Source: a virus
Taxonomy: Duplodnaviria > Heunggongvirae > Uroviricota > Caudoviricetes
DNA: 33,405 nt
Virus record (IMG/VR): IMGVR_UViG_2778261165_000021
Strand: one strand, 5' to 3'
The position numbers and the translations under genes were made by a program. The notes beneath the pieces were generated by a model. The model saw only the letters and a list, made by a program, of their open reading frames with translations, ran no database searches and had not been told where the DNA came from. This document shows, in pieces, positions 16,711-25,292 of this stretch (its first letter is position 1; every line of letters begins with the position of its first letter).

Positions 16711-16780
16711 GGGCGGCGTGCGCGGTGTTCCGGTTTGACTCCGTGACCGTTTACACCGCGCACCCACCGCCCGATTTTTT
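16711..16780 (+). terminator. Nested GC-rich hairpin with T-tract between M and L (candidate attenuator)
   Basis: GGGCGG (16711-16716) pairs with CCGCCC (16767-16772), and GTGCGCGGTG (16718-16727) with CACCGCGCAC (16754-16763); TTTTTT at 16775-16780. Confidence 0.35.
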
Positions 16781-16794
16781 CAGGAGTGAACCCC

Positions 16795-17289
16795 ATGAGT
16801 ATGGTTGCCAGAACCAACCCCGGACCCGCAGAGGACGACATCACCGATACCGATGATGGTGATACCCGCATTTCAGCGGGTGCATTCTGGCCGGATATTG
16901 TGCTGCGTGAACTGCGTCTGGCGGTACGACTGCCGGGGCGCGTGACCACCTCCCGCCTGCTGCATACCGCCACCGGAGCTGTGGCACACGTTACCCGCGA
17001 GCTGGAAGCATGGCAGCAGGAACAGCAGGCGGCTGGCCATCAGACGCTGGCCGATGTTCCGGCACCCGTAATTAACGGAGAAAGCGTCAATCTCTGGCAC
17101 TGGCGCAATGCGGTTTACACCGCCACACGCGCCCTGATTCTGGAGCGTTACCGCGATGCGGACACAACGGACAAGGGCGACCGCCGGGCGGACGCACTGG
17201 ATATACAGACATCGGATTTGTGGCGCGATGTGAGCTGGGCCATCTCTGACATTCTGTGCCGCCCGCGAATCTTTGCGGAGTTGTGCTGA
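16795..17289 (+). CDS. L: Head completion / stabilisation protein (P2 L-like)
   Basis: ATG 16795 with AGGAG RBS (track ORF starts at an upstream GTG at 16786). Position after M; stop overlaps X start. Confidence 0.8.
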   Translation: MSMVARTNPGPAEDDITDTDDGDTRISAGAFWPDIVLRELRLAVRLPGRVTTSRLLHTATGAVAHVTRELEAWQQEQQAAGHQTLADVPAPVINGESVNLWHWRNAVYTATRALILERYRDADTTDKGDRRADALDIQTSDLWRDVSWAISDILCRPRIFAELC

Positions 17290-17489
17290 TGAAAGTGAAG
17301 GCACTGGAAGGCGACACCGTGGATTCGCTCTGTTTCCGGTACTACGGCACGACGCAGGGCGTCACCGAAAAGGTGCTGGATGCCAACCCCGGACTCTGTC
17401 AGCAGGTATTTCTGGACGCCGGGCAGGAAGTGGAGATGCCGGAGCCGGAGAAGAAGAAACGAGAAATGATTCAGTTGTGGGGGGAGTAG
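17289..17489 (+). CDS. X: Tail protein X (P2 X-like, LysM-like)
   Basis: 66 aa from ATG 17289; MKVKALEGDTVDSLCFRYYGTTQGVTEKVLDANPGL parallels P2 gpX as recalled. Confidence 0.8.
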   Translation: MKVKALEGDTVDSLCFRYYGTTQGVTEKVLDANPGLCQQVFLDAGQEVEMPEPEKKKREMIQLWGE

Positions 17490-17491
17490 CA

Positions 17492-17815
17492 GTGAGCACC
17501 ATTCAAACAGGGATCACAGAGCAGGTTATTGCGTGGCTCTTTGACCACCTGCCAACGGTGTATGCAGTAGGCGCGGCGGTCAGCATTTCCGCGCTGATGA
17601 GTCTTTATGACGGACGAACACTGGTTCAGACCGTAACGGGATCGCTGGCGTGCGGCGTTCTTGCCATGGCCGTGGCCGGGTCGTTGCGCTTCTTCGGTTT
17701 TCCTGAAGATGCCGTGACGTTTATCGGCGCATCAATCGGTTTTATGGGGGCAGAGAAAGCACGCGACAAGGTTATTGCGGCCTTTAATCGCAGGGTGAAG
17801 GAGAAGGACGAATGA
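17492..17815 (+). CDS. Putative holin
   Basis: 107 aa from GTG 17492 with GGGGAG RBS; two hydrophobic helices (VYAVGAAVSISALMSL, LACGVLAMAVAGSL) and charged C-terminus. First gene of the lysis cassette. Confidence 0.6.
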   Translation: MSTIQTGITEQVIAWLFDHLPTVYAVGAAVSISALMSLYDGRTLVQTVTGSLACGVLAMAVAGSLRFFGFPEDAVTFIGASIGFMGAEKARDKVIAAFNRRVKEKDE

Positions 17816-18204
17816 GCAACACATTTAAATTCAGCAGCCGGAGCGAAAAGAATTTGCAGGGCGTAAATCCTGATCTGGTGAAAGTGACCCGACGGGCACT
17901 GGAAATCTCGGAAGTGGATTTTGGTATCACCGAAGGGTTGCGCAGCCGTTACCGCCAGAAGCAACTGGTGGCCACGGGTAAGAGCCAGACCATGAACAGC
18001 CGCCACCTTACGGGGCATGCCGTGGATGTTGTGGCTTATATCGGCAGCCAGGTGTCATGGGAATGGTCGCTGTACGAAAAAATCGCAGCAGCATTCAGAC
18101 AGGCCAGCCGGGAACTGAATATTCCGGTGGAATGGGGCGGCGACTGGAAGACCCTGAAAGACGGACCGCATTTTCAGTTACCACACGGAGCCTATCCGGC
18201 ATGA
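17812..18204 (+). CDS. Endolysin, peptidase M15 (L-Ala-D-Glu endopeptidase type)
   Basis: 130 aa; zinc-site signature SRHLTGHAVD plus VEWGGDWK and DGPHFQL, as in VanY/T5-type endolysins. Confidence 0.8.
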   Translation: MSNTFKFSSRSEKNLQGVNPDLVKVTRRALEISEVDFGITEGLRSRYRQKQLVATGKSQTMNSRHLTGHAVDVVAYIGSQVSWEWSLYEKIAAAFRQASRELNIPVEWGGDWKTLKDGPHFQLPHGAYPA

Positions 18205-18608
18205 AGCTCTGGCACACGCTGGGCGTCGCTTTCCTTCTGATTGCCGCATGGGGAACATCCATGCGTCTGTCGTGGTCGCTGGGCCGGGAGAACGCCAGAA
18301 ACGAAGCGCAGGCCAGCGCCCTGAAAAGCACCGTCGACACCCTGAATATCATCAGCACCGGGGTACAGGATATGCAGCAGGTGCTGGCGCAACTCCGCGT
18401 GGAAAATCAACAGAGAAATCAGGACGGAGAGGCCAGACGTGAACAGCTACGCAACGATATTGCAAAAGATGAATGCGCACACGCTTTGCCTGACGCTCGT
18501 TTTACTGACAGGTTGCGCAGGCACGCAGAACGCGCCACGGCCAGCGCCGTCAGTCCGGCTTATACCGCAGACGCTGACCATACCAGTAATGCCTCCCCCC
18601 TTCCCTGA
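18201..18608 (+). CDS. i-spanin (Rz / LysB-like)
   Basis: ATG 18201 overlapping the endolysin stop; N-terminal TM helix LGVAFLLIAAWG followed by charged coiled-coil-like region. Confidence 0.65.
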   Translation: MKLWHTLGVAFLLIAAWGTSMRLSWSLGRENARNEAQASALKSTVDTLNIISTGVQDMQQVLAQLRVENQQRNQDGEARREQLRNDIAKDECAHALPDARFTDRLRRHAERATASAVSPAYTADADHTSNASPLP

Positions 18609-18759
18609 TACTCCCACATGGGGAAATCTCGGTATATGGGGCGACCGCCTTCTGGATGCACTGGAAACCTGTAACGCGGATAAACGGGCCATTGAATTAC
18701 TGGAACAGCGCAGGCTGCAACGACTGAACAACGAGGACAACAACCATGCTGAAAACTGA
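18469..18759 (+). CDS. o-spanin (Rz1 / LysC-like outer-membrane lipoprotein)
   Basis: ATG 18469 in the +1 frame inside the i-spanin gene; signal peptide with lipobox LLTGC; Pro-rich body. Confidence 0.65.
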   Translation: MNAHTLCLTLVLLTGCAGTQNAPRPAPSVRLIPQTLTIPVMPPPFPDTPTWGNLGIWGDRLLDALETCNADKRAIELLEQRRLQRLNNEDNNHAEN

Positions 18760-19213
18760 TTCCCTGCGTGAAGCCATGACCCGTTCATGCCGATGGTGTC
18801 AGGCCAACCCGGAAAAATTCACCATTTTCGTGGAGAGCGGCAACATTGAAACGACCGGAGAAACGCCCTCGTTTGTTTACCGCTATCAGATGGTGATGTT
18901 TGTCATGGATTACGCCGGGGAGCTGGACGACCTCACGCTGCCGCTACTGGCGTGGTTATCAAAAAATCAGCCACAGTTGTTGCTCAATCCGGAGCGTAAT
19001 CAGGACATCAAATTCTCCGCCGTTATCAATGACGATGACAGCGCCGATCTCCTGTTTACGCTCCCTCTGCGGGAACGCGTTCGCATCACGCGCAGCAGTC
19101 AGGGCACGCCGCAGGCAGAACACCTGCCGGAGCCAAAACCCCGCCTGCCATCTTCCGAAGGCGACTGGTCGCATGTATTCCAGGATGTGACGTGGGGTGA
19201 AAGCGATGGATAA
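18746..19213 (+). CDS. R: Tail completion protein (P2 R-like)
   Basis: 155 aa; position and size match P2 gpR. Confidence 0.8.
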   Translation: MLKTDSLREAMTRSCRWCQANPEKFTIFVESGNIETTGETPSFVYRYQMVMFVMDYAGELDDLTLPLLAWLSKNQPQLLLNPERNQDIKFSAVINDDDSADLLFTLPLRERVRITRSSQGTPQAEHLPEPKPRLPSSEGDWSHVFQDVTWGESDG

Positions 19214-19841
19214 GGCATTCACCCGCGTGGATGAAACCTTTGAGGCCATCCGCGACAGCCTGAATCAGCAGGCCATCAATAACATCACCAGAAAGCTGGC
19301 ACAGGATTTACGCCGCGCCCAGCAGGCGCGTATCCGGTCACAGAAAGCGCCGGACGGGACCGCGTGGACACCACGCAGACGCCGCGTAACCCGGATACAG
19401 GAACGCATTCGCTTTATCTGGAATAACGAGGCACGCACGCTGAAAAACTGGCATCACGACACGGGGAAATACGGGCGAACCATTACCGGGTGGGATGAGG
19501 ATAAAAACAGCATCCGTACGTTTTACCGGGATGACATCGACCGTTTTCTGGAAATACGCACCCGGCGCATCAACCAGGACAGCACAAAGCGCGTCCCCAT
19601 GTTCGTAAAACTGCGCACCGCCCGCTACCTGAAAGCCCGTGCAGATGCTTCCGGTGTGACGGTGGGTTACAGCGGCGTGGCCGCACGTATTGCCCGCGTT
19701 CATCAGTTCGGTGAGCGCGATCAGGTTGCGCCGGGCATTTTCACCGATTACCCGGTACGTGAGCTGTTGGGCATCAGTCAGGCAGATGAACGCCTGATTT
19801 ATAACACGGTGCTGGGCCGGATTGCGGAGGCTGTACGGTGA
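19206..19841 (+). CDS. S: Tail completion / virion morphogenesis protein (P2 S-like)
   Basis: ATG 19206 (alternative GTG 19197); follows R, stop overlaps V start. Confidence 0.75.
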   Translation: MDKAFTRVDETFEAIRDSLNQQAINNITRKLAQDLRRAQQARIRSQKAPDGTAWTPRRRRVTRIQERIRFIWNNEARTLKNWHHDTGKYGRTITGWDEDKNSIRTFYRDDIDRFLEIRTRRINQDSTKRVPMFVKLRTARYLKARADASGVTVGYSGVAARIARVHQFGERDQVAPGIFTDYPVRELLGISQADERLIYNTVLGRIAEAVR

Positions 19842-20419
19842 GCGCAGAACTCATGCGACTGCTGAGCAATATCATCCGCACCGGGATCATCTCTGAAGTT
19901 GATGAGAAGTCCTGGCGCGTGCGCGTTCGCAGCGGCGAACTGGAAACAGGCTGGCTGCGCTGGAACACCACGCGCGCGGGAGCCTTCAATGTGTGGCTGC
20001 CGCCATCACCAGGCGAACAGGTGGTAATTGCCTGCATTGGCGGCAACCCGGAAACCGCCATGATAATTGGCAGCCTGTGGAGTGATGCCAGTCCGGCCCC
20101 CGGCAAAAGCCTGAAAGAAATCGTGATCAGCGCGCCGGACGGCGCGGTGTTCCGCTACGACGCGGACGCAGGCGCACTGAGCGCCAGCGGCATGAAAACG
20201 GCCACTTTACAGGCATCCGTCAGCGTGAAACTGGACACGCCCGTCGTGGAATGCACAAACCTTCTGAGAACGGCGACGCTTGACGTCACAAAAGGAGGAA
20301 AGATGAGCGGCAATATCACGCACAGCGGCGGCAACTTCACCTCAAACGGCATTACCGTGCATACGCATAAACACGGTGGCGTGAAAGGTGGCAGCGATTC
20401 GACAGGAGGCCCGCAGTGA
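19838..20419 (+). CDS. V: Baseplate spike / assembly protein V
   Basis: 193 aa, GTG start overlapping S stop; Gly-rich C-terminus. Position matches P2 gpV. Confidence 0.85.
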   Translation: MSAELMRLLSNIIRTGIISEVDEKSWRVRVRSGELETGWLRWNTTRAGAFNVWLPPSPGEQVVIACIGGNPETAMIIGSLWSDASPAPGKSLKEIVISAPDGAVFRYDADAGALSASGMKTATLQASVSVKLDTPVVECTNLLRTATLDVTKGGKMSGNITHSGGNFTSNGITVHTHKHGGVKGGSDSTGGPQ

Positions 20420-20766
20420 CAACCCGCTACACAGGAATGAATCCGGACGGGACGGGAAACCTGAACGATATGGAGCACCTGAAACAGTCAGTCAGGGACA
20501 TCCTGATCACCCCGCTGGCAAGCCGGGTTATGCGACGGGAATATGGCAGCCTTGTGCCTGATTTGATTGACGAACCCATGAATAACACAACTCGTCTGCA
20601 ATGCATGAGTGCTGCCGTGATTGCGCTGACACGATGGGAACCCCGCATTGCCCTGGACGCCATCGACGTTGTCTGGAAGGCAGGAGGCCGCGCCGGGGTG
20701 ACGCTGTCGGGCACTGTCATGCAGACCATGCAGAATGTTGAATTAACCATCACGCTGAGAGAGTAA
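20416..20766 (+). CDS. W: Baseplate wedge protein W (gp25-like)
   Basis: 116 aa; GTG start with AGGAGG RBS. Size and position match P2 gpW. Confidence 0.85.
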   Translation: MTTRYTGMNPDGTGNLNDMEHLKQSVRDILITPLASRVMRREYGSLVPDLIDEPMNNTTRLQCMSAAVIALTRWEPRIALDAIDVVWKAGGRAGVTLSGTVMQTMQNVELTITLRE

Positions 20767-20769
20767 ATC

Positions 20770-21666
20770 ATGCCTGCTGTTGACCTTTCCCAGTTACCGG
20801 AACCCGCCATCATCGCGGAGCCTGATTTTGAGGCAATTCTGGCTGACACAAAGGCCATGATGATTGCGTCCTATCCTGCCGAACAGCGTGAAGCCGTCTC
20901 CGCCGCGCTGGAGCTGGAATCAGAACCCCTGAACGTTATCGCTCAAACCATGTCTTTTCGTGAAATGCTGTTACGCCAGCGGGTCAATGAGGGTGCACGC
21001 GCCTGCATGCTAAGCCACAGCGCCGGGACAGACCTGGACAACCTCGCGGGCAATATGAACACAAAGCGCCTGGTTATCACTCCGGCAACGGATACCACCG
21101 ACGCGGTGATGGAGAGCGACACCTCGCTGAGATTGCGGGCGCAACGGGCGTATGACGGCCTGAGTGTTGCTGGCCCGTCAGGTGCATACGAGTATTTTGC
21201 ACGCAGCGCCAGCGGTCTGGTGCGTGATGCGCGGGCCATCAGCCCGTCTCCGGCCTGTGTGACGGTTTCCATCCTGTCCACTGAAGGCGACGGCACAGCA
21301 ACGGAGGCGTTGCTTAATACCGTTCGCGCCGTTCTGAATGCAGAGGATACCCGCCCGGTGGCCGACCGCCTGACCGTACAGAGCGCCAGAATCGTGACAT
21401 GGCGGCTGAATGCAAAACTGTACTTTTACCCCGGCCCGGAATCCGAACCTATTCTGGCCGCGGCTGAATCGTCGTTCAGGAAGTGGCTGGCTGAGCAGGG
21501 GCTTATCGGTCAGGACGTGGCGTTGTCCGCCATTGCTGCCGCACTGCATGTGCACGGTGTGCAACGCGTGGAGATAATCGAACCCACACAGAATATGGCC
21601 ATCAGCGACATACAGGCGGCGCGCTGTGAGTCATTCACCATCAGCGAAGGTGGACGCAATGAGTAA
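20770..21666 (+). CDS. J: Baseplate assembly protein J
   Basis: 298 aa; position and size match P2 gpJ. Confidence 0.9.
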   Translation: MPAVDLSQLPEPAIIAEPDFEAILADTKAMMIASYPAEQREAVSAALELESEPLNVIAQTMSFREMLLRQRVNEGARACMLSHSAGTDLDNLAGNMNTKRLVITPATDTTDAVMESDTSLRLRAQRAYDGLSVAGPSGAYEYFARSASGLVRDARAISPSPACVTVSILSTEGDGTATEALLNTVRAVLNAEDTRPVADRLTVQSARIVTWRLNAKLYFYPGPESEPILAAAESSFRKWLAEQGLIGQDVALSAIAAALHVHGVQRVEIIEPTQNMAISDIQAARCESFTISEGGRNE

Positions 21667-22267
21667 TTCGTTGTTACCACCATCAGCCAGCAATTTCATG
21701 CGTTGTGCCGAAGCCGTCGGAACACGCATTACAGACATTCCGGTAGACCTCAACACGCTGTGGTCGCCGGACACCTGCCCGGTGCATCTGCTGCCTTATC
21801 TCGCCTGGGCGTTTTCCGTTGACCGCTGGGATCGCAACTGGCCGGAAGAGACAAAGCGACAGGTGATTCGTGATGCATGGCTGATACACCGACACAAAGG
21901 GACCATCAGCGCACTGCGAAGAGCCGTGGAGCCTCTCGGCTACCTGATTGAAGTAAAGGAGTGGTGGCAACTCAACGAGGAGCCGGGAACATTTCGCATT
22001 GTTGTCGGAGTACTTGATCAGGGCATCACCGATGAAATGTATCAGGAACTTGAGCGCCTTATTGCGGATGCAAAACCAGTAAGTCGCCATCTGACGGGGC
22101 TGGCGATCAGCCTGAGTGTGAACGGAAAGATTTTCGTTGGTACGGGATGCTATCACGGCGATGCCCTGACGGTTTATCCCTACACCCCGGAGTCCATTAT
22201 TGTCGAAGGGGATTATTTCCCTGCCCCAGCCATTCATTTAATTGATAATCTGAGAGTAAACGCATGA
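21659..22267 (+). CDS. I: Baseplate protein I
   Basis: ATG 21659 overlapping J 3' end (track ORF 21626); position matches P2 gpI. Confidence 0.8.
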   Translation: MSNSLLPPSASNFMRCAEAVGTRITDIPVDLNTLWSPDTCPVHLLPYLAWAFSVDRWDRNWPEETKRQVIRDAWLIHRHKGTISALRRAVEPLGYLIEVKEWWQLNEEPGTFRIVVGVLDQGITDEMYQELERLIADAKPVSRHLTGLAISLSVNGKIFVGTGCYHGDALTVYPYTPESIIVEGDYFPAPAIHLIDNLRVNA

Positions 22268-23850
22268 CAGTGAAATACTACGCCATTCTGACTAATCAGG
22301 GCGCGGCACGACTGGCTAACGCGACGATGCTCGGCAGTAAGCTGAATCTGACGCAAATGGCCGTTGGTGATGCAAATGGTGTGTTACCAACACCAGACCC
22401 TGCACAAACAAAACTGATTAACCAGAAACGCATTGCACCGCTGAATCTTCTGAGTGTTGACCCTAACAATCAGAGCCAGATTATTGCGGAGCAAATCATC
22501 CCTGAAAACGAGGGAGGATTCTGGATCCGTGAGATTGGTCTTTATGATGATGAAGGTGTACTCATTGCGGTGGCAAACTGCCCGGAAACGTACAAACCGC
22601 AGTTGCAGGAAGGCAGTGGACGCACCCAGACTATCCGCATGATTCTGGTTGTCACGAACACCGAAGCCATCACGCTGAAAATCGACCCGTCTGTGGTTCT
22701 GGCAACCCGCAAATATGTGGATGATAAAATATCAGAGCACGAACAGTCACGACGTCACCCGGACGCCTCGCTGACCGTAAAAGGTTTTACTCAGTTAAGC
22801 AGTGCAATTAACAGTGAATCAGAAACACTGGCCGCAACACCGAAAGCGGTTAAGGCTGCATATGACCTGGCTAACGAGAAATATACTGCCCAGAACGCCA
22901 CCACTACACAAAAAGGGATTGTTCAGCTCAGTAGCGCCACGAACAGCACGTCTGAAACATTGGCAGCGACACCAAAAGCTGTTAAGGCGGTAATGGATGA
23001 AACGAACAAGAAAGCACCATTAAACAGCCCGGCACTGACCGGAACGCCAACAACACCAACAGCGCCACAGGGGACTAATAGTACCCAGATCGCAAGCACG
23101 GCTTTCGTTATGGCCGCGATTGCCGCACTTGTAGATTCGTCACCTGATGCACTGAACACGCTGAACGAACTGGCTGCGGCGCTGGGCAATGACCCGAATT
23201 TTGCGACCACCATGACTAACGCGCTTGCGGGTAAGCAACCGAAGGATGCCACCCTGACGGCGCTGGCGGAGCTTGCTACATCAGCAGATAAACTCCCATA
23301 TTTTACAGGGGCAGATCGTGCCGCGTTAACCGCGTTGACAAGTGTTGGACGTGCCATTCTTGGTAAAACCAGCACTCAGGGCGTTCTTGATTACCTTGGT
23401 TTGGGAGAAGGCTCAGCATTACCTGTTGGGGTGCCTGTTCCGTGGCCTTCAGCCACTCCGCCAACAGGCTGGTTGAAATGCAATGGTGCGGCTTTTTCTG
23501 CTGAAGAATACCCGGAACTGGCAAAGGCTTACCCGACAAATAAATTGCCTGATTTACGCGGTGAATTTATTCGTGGATGGGATGATGGGCGCGGGGTAGA
23601 CCCGTCAAGAAATCTTGGTTCATCACAGACAGACCAGCTGCAAAACCACGGGCACAGTAACATCCGCATGTCGTACACTGGTGCATTCGGTGGCTCCGGC
23701 GCGCTACCCGATGGCGGGAACACACGATCTGGCGATGGTGATTTGGTTGGTCCTGTATCATCAACCAATTTTGCAGGCGGTCAGCCTCGCGTTGGTGCAG
23801 AGACACGGCCGCGCAACGTCGCATTTAACTATATCGTGAGGGCAGCCTGA
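22264..23850 (+). CDS. H: Tail fibre protein H (constant N-terminal part plus currently expressed variable C-terminal part)
   Basis: 528 aa; N-terminus MTVKYYAILTNQGAARLANA typical of P2 gpH. A hix-like crossover site lies in-frame at 23384-23409, so codons after about 23397 belong to the invertible segment. Confidence 0.85.
   Translation: MTVKYYAILTNQGAARLANATMLGSKLNLTQMAVGDANGVLPTPDPAQTKLINQKRIAPLNLLSVDPNNQSQIIAEQIIPENEGGFWIREIGLYDDEGVLIAVANCPETYKPQLQEGSGRTQTIRMILVVTNTEAITLKIDPSVVLATRKYVDDKISEHEQSRRHPDASLTVKGFTQLSSAINSESETLAATPKAVKAAYDLANEKYTAQNATTTQKGIVQLSSATNSTSETLAATPKAVKAVMDETNKKAPLNSPALTGTPTTPTAPQGTNSTQIASTAFVMAAIAALVDSSPDALNTLNELAAALGNDPNFATTMTNALAGKQPKDATLTALAELATSADKLPYFTGADRAALTALTSVGRAILGKTSTQGVLDYLGLGEGSALPVGVPVPWPSATPPTGWLKCNGAAFSAEEYPELAKAYPTNKLPDLRGEFIRGWDDGRGVDPSRNLGSSQTDQLQNHGHSNIRMSYTGAFGGSGALPDGGNTRSGDGDLVGPVSSTNFAGGQPRVGAETRPRNVAFNYIVRAA
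22792..22990 (+). repeat. In-frame tandem duplication within H
   Basis: QLSSAINSESETLAATPKAVKA... and QLSSATNSTSETLAATPKAVKA... about 44 codons apart; nucleotide copies diverged at synonymous positions. Confidence 0.5.
23384..23409. other. hix/gix-like recombination site (left inverted repeat)
   Basis: TTCTTGATTACC-TT-GGTTTGGGAGAA; matches the Hin/Gin site architecture (two 12-bp half-sites around a 2-bp core). Inner half-site and core match the inverted partner at 25212-25237. Confidence 0.6.
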
Positions 23851-24452
23851 TGAATAAAGCCGTATTAAATAACGAACTCATTGCCATAAAAGCGGGAGAC
23901 ATTACCATTTATAATTATGATGGTGAAACGCGGGAATATATTTCCACATCAACTGAATATCTTGCGGTTGGCGTCGGTATACCGGCATGTTCTTGTTTAG
24001 ATGCACCAGTTACACATAAAGCTGGTTATGCAATCTGCCGTTCTGCAGATTTTAACTCATGGGAATATGTGCCAGACCATCGCGGTGAAATCATCTATAG
24101 CACCGAAACAGGAGAATCGAAAGAAATCACAGCTCCGGGTGATTACCCTGAAAATACAACCACTATCGCCCCGTTAACGCCATATGATAAATGGGATGGT
24201 GAGAAATGGGTGACGGATACCGAGGCACAACATAGCGCCGCAGTAGACGCGGCAGAAGCACAGCGCCAGTCGCTGATTGATGCTGCTATGGCTTCCATCA
24301 GTCTGATTCAACTGAAATTGCAGGCCGGACGTAAACTGACGCAGGCAGAAACAACCCGGCTTAACGCTGTGCTGGATTACATTGACGCGGTGGCGGCAAC
24401 AGATACCAGCACCGCGCCGGATGTCATCTGGCCTGAACTGCCGGAGGCGTAG
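23850..24452 (+). CDS. G: Tail fibre assembly protein (P2 G-like)
   Basis: 200 aa, ATG overlapping H stop; C-terminal DVIWPELPEA motif shared with the oppositely oriented paralogue. Confidence 0.8.
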   Translation: MNKAVLNNELIAIKAGDITIYNYDGETREYISTSTEYLAVGVGIPACSCLDAPVTHKAGYAICRSADFNSWEYVPDHRGEIIYSTETGESKEITAPGDYPENTTTIAPLTPYDKWDGEKWVTDTEAQHSAAVDAAEAQRQSLIDAAMASISLIQLKLQAGRKLTQAETTRLNAVLDYIDAVAATDTSTAPDVIWPELPEA

Positions 24453-24864
24453 GCCATTCAATATCTGGCGCACCGGAAGTATCGACCAGTTCCAGTGCGT
24501 CCAGATAATCCAGCCACAAATTATATTGCGCCAGTTCCTCACCTTTCAGGCGACCAATCGCCGCTTTACCAGGCCATTGCTTACTGTTTATGTATTCGTT
24601 GACCTGATTAATCAATTGCTGCTTTTCCAGTTCGGCTGCGGCAATTTGTTCCTCATGAGTTGGCGGTGGAATATCAATCCATGCAGGCATTCCGTCGATG
24701 ACACCTCTGTATTTTCCTTCTGGTGCTTCCTTCATAAATTCGGCGGCAACAGTGTCGTCAATTTCGATTCCATCACCGGGCCATTCGCCGGATTCCTGAT
24801 AAGCGATTTTAAGCTCCACAGGGAAAAACGCATTTTTCTCGGCACTGAAAATATATTTCTGCAT
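24424..24864 (-). CDS. Alternative tail fibre assembly protein (inverted-orientation partner)
   Basis: 146 aa on minus strand inside the invertible segment; C-terminus DIEWPTPPAVQAR parallels the plus-strand tfa. 3' ends of the two tfa genes overlap by 29 bp. Confidence 0.75.
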   Translation of the reverse strand: MQKYIFSAEKNAFFPVELKIAYQESGEWPGDGIEIDDTVAAEFMKEAPEGKYRGVIDGMPAWIDIPPPTHEEQIAAAELEKQQLINQVNEYINSKQWPGKAAIGRLKGEELAQYNLWLDYLDALELVDTSGAPDIEWPTPPAVQAR

Positions 24865-24866
24865 TT

Positions 24867-25224
24867 CTACCGTCCTATCGAAATATAACTGAATCTGTAT
24901 TGCTGTGAGATATCACTGGTTGCCACACGCCACGCTGAATTACTGATATGTTCAAAATTTACAGACAAAACCTGCGGGGCAGGATTCGACGGGTCTGACT
25001 GAACGGCATCAGACATAACACTGACTGAAACCATCGGCTGATTAGGGAATGGTATAGGGAAGTGTCCACTGATAAAGCGGGTCGTGTTTCCTGAAAAAGT
25101 GCCAAACTGAACAATATATCCACCTGGTAGCCTGAACCATCCCGAACCAGAAGCGAATGCTCCCATATCCGGTATCTGATTATCTCCTGTGCCCACATCC
25201 CTTTTCGCCGCTTCTCCTAAACCA
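24867..25224 (-). CDS. Alternative tail-fibre C-terminal cassette (promoterless; would fuse to H after inversion)
   Basis: Minus-strand frame open across the right hix-like site; codons GLGE at the site match GLGE at the left site in H, so inversion would join the H N-terminus to this variable domain. Confidence 0.65.
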
Positions 25225-25237
25225 ACGTTTGTGAAAA
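25212..25237. other. hix/gix-like recombination site (right inverted repeat)
   Basis: TTCTCCTAAACC-AA-CGTTTGTGAAAA; reverse complement shares the TT core and GGTTTAGGAGAA half-site with the left site. Lies 55 bp upstream of the invertase start. Confidence 0.6.
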
Positions 25238-25292
25238 TGCAGAGATAACGGGTAACTGGCATCATCTCCGGTTTTTATTCAGGGGGATGCTC

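Larger units (their letters stand above)
23397..25224. other. Invertible tail-fibre DNA segment (Mu G-segment-like)
   Basis: Bounded by the two hix-like sites. Contains the H variable 3' part and tfa on the plus strand, and an alternative tfa plus alternative fibre C-terminal cassette on the minus strand. Confidence 0.6.

Noticed and set aside
22792-22990. CRISPR-like repeat array
   Set aside because: The repeats are in-frame coding duplications within H, of unequal nucleotide sequence, with no spacer structure; no CRISPR array is present in the window.
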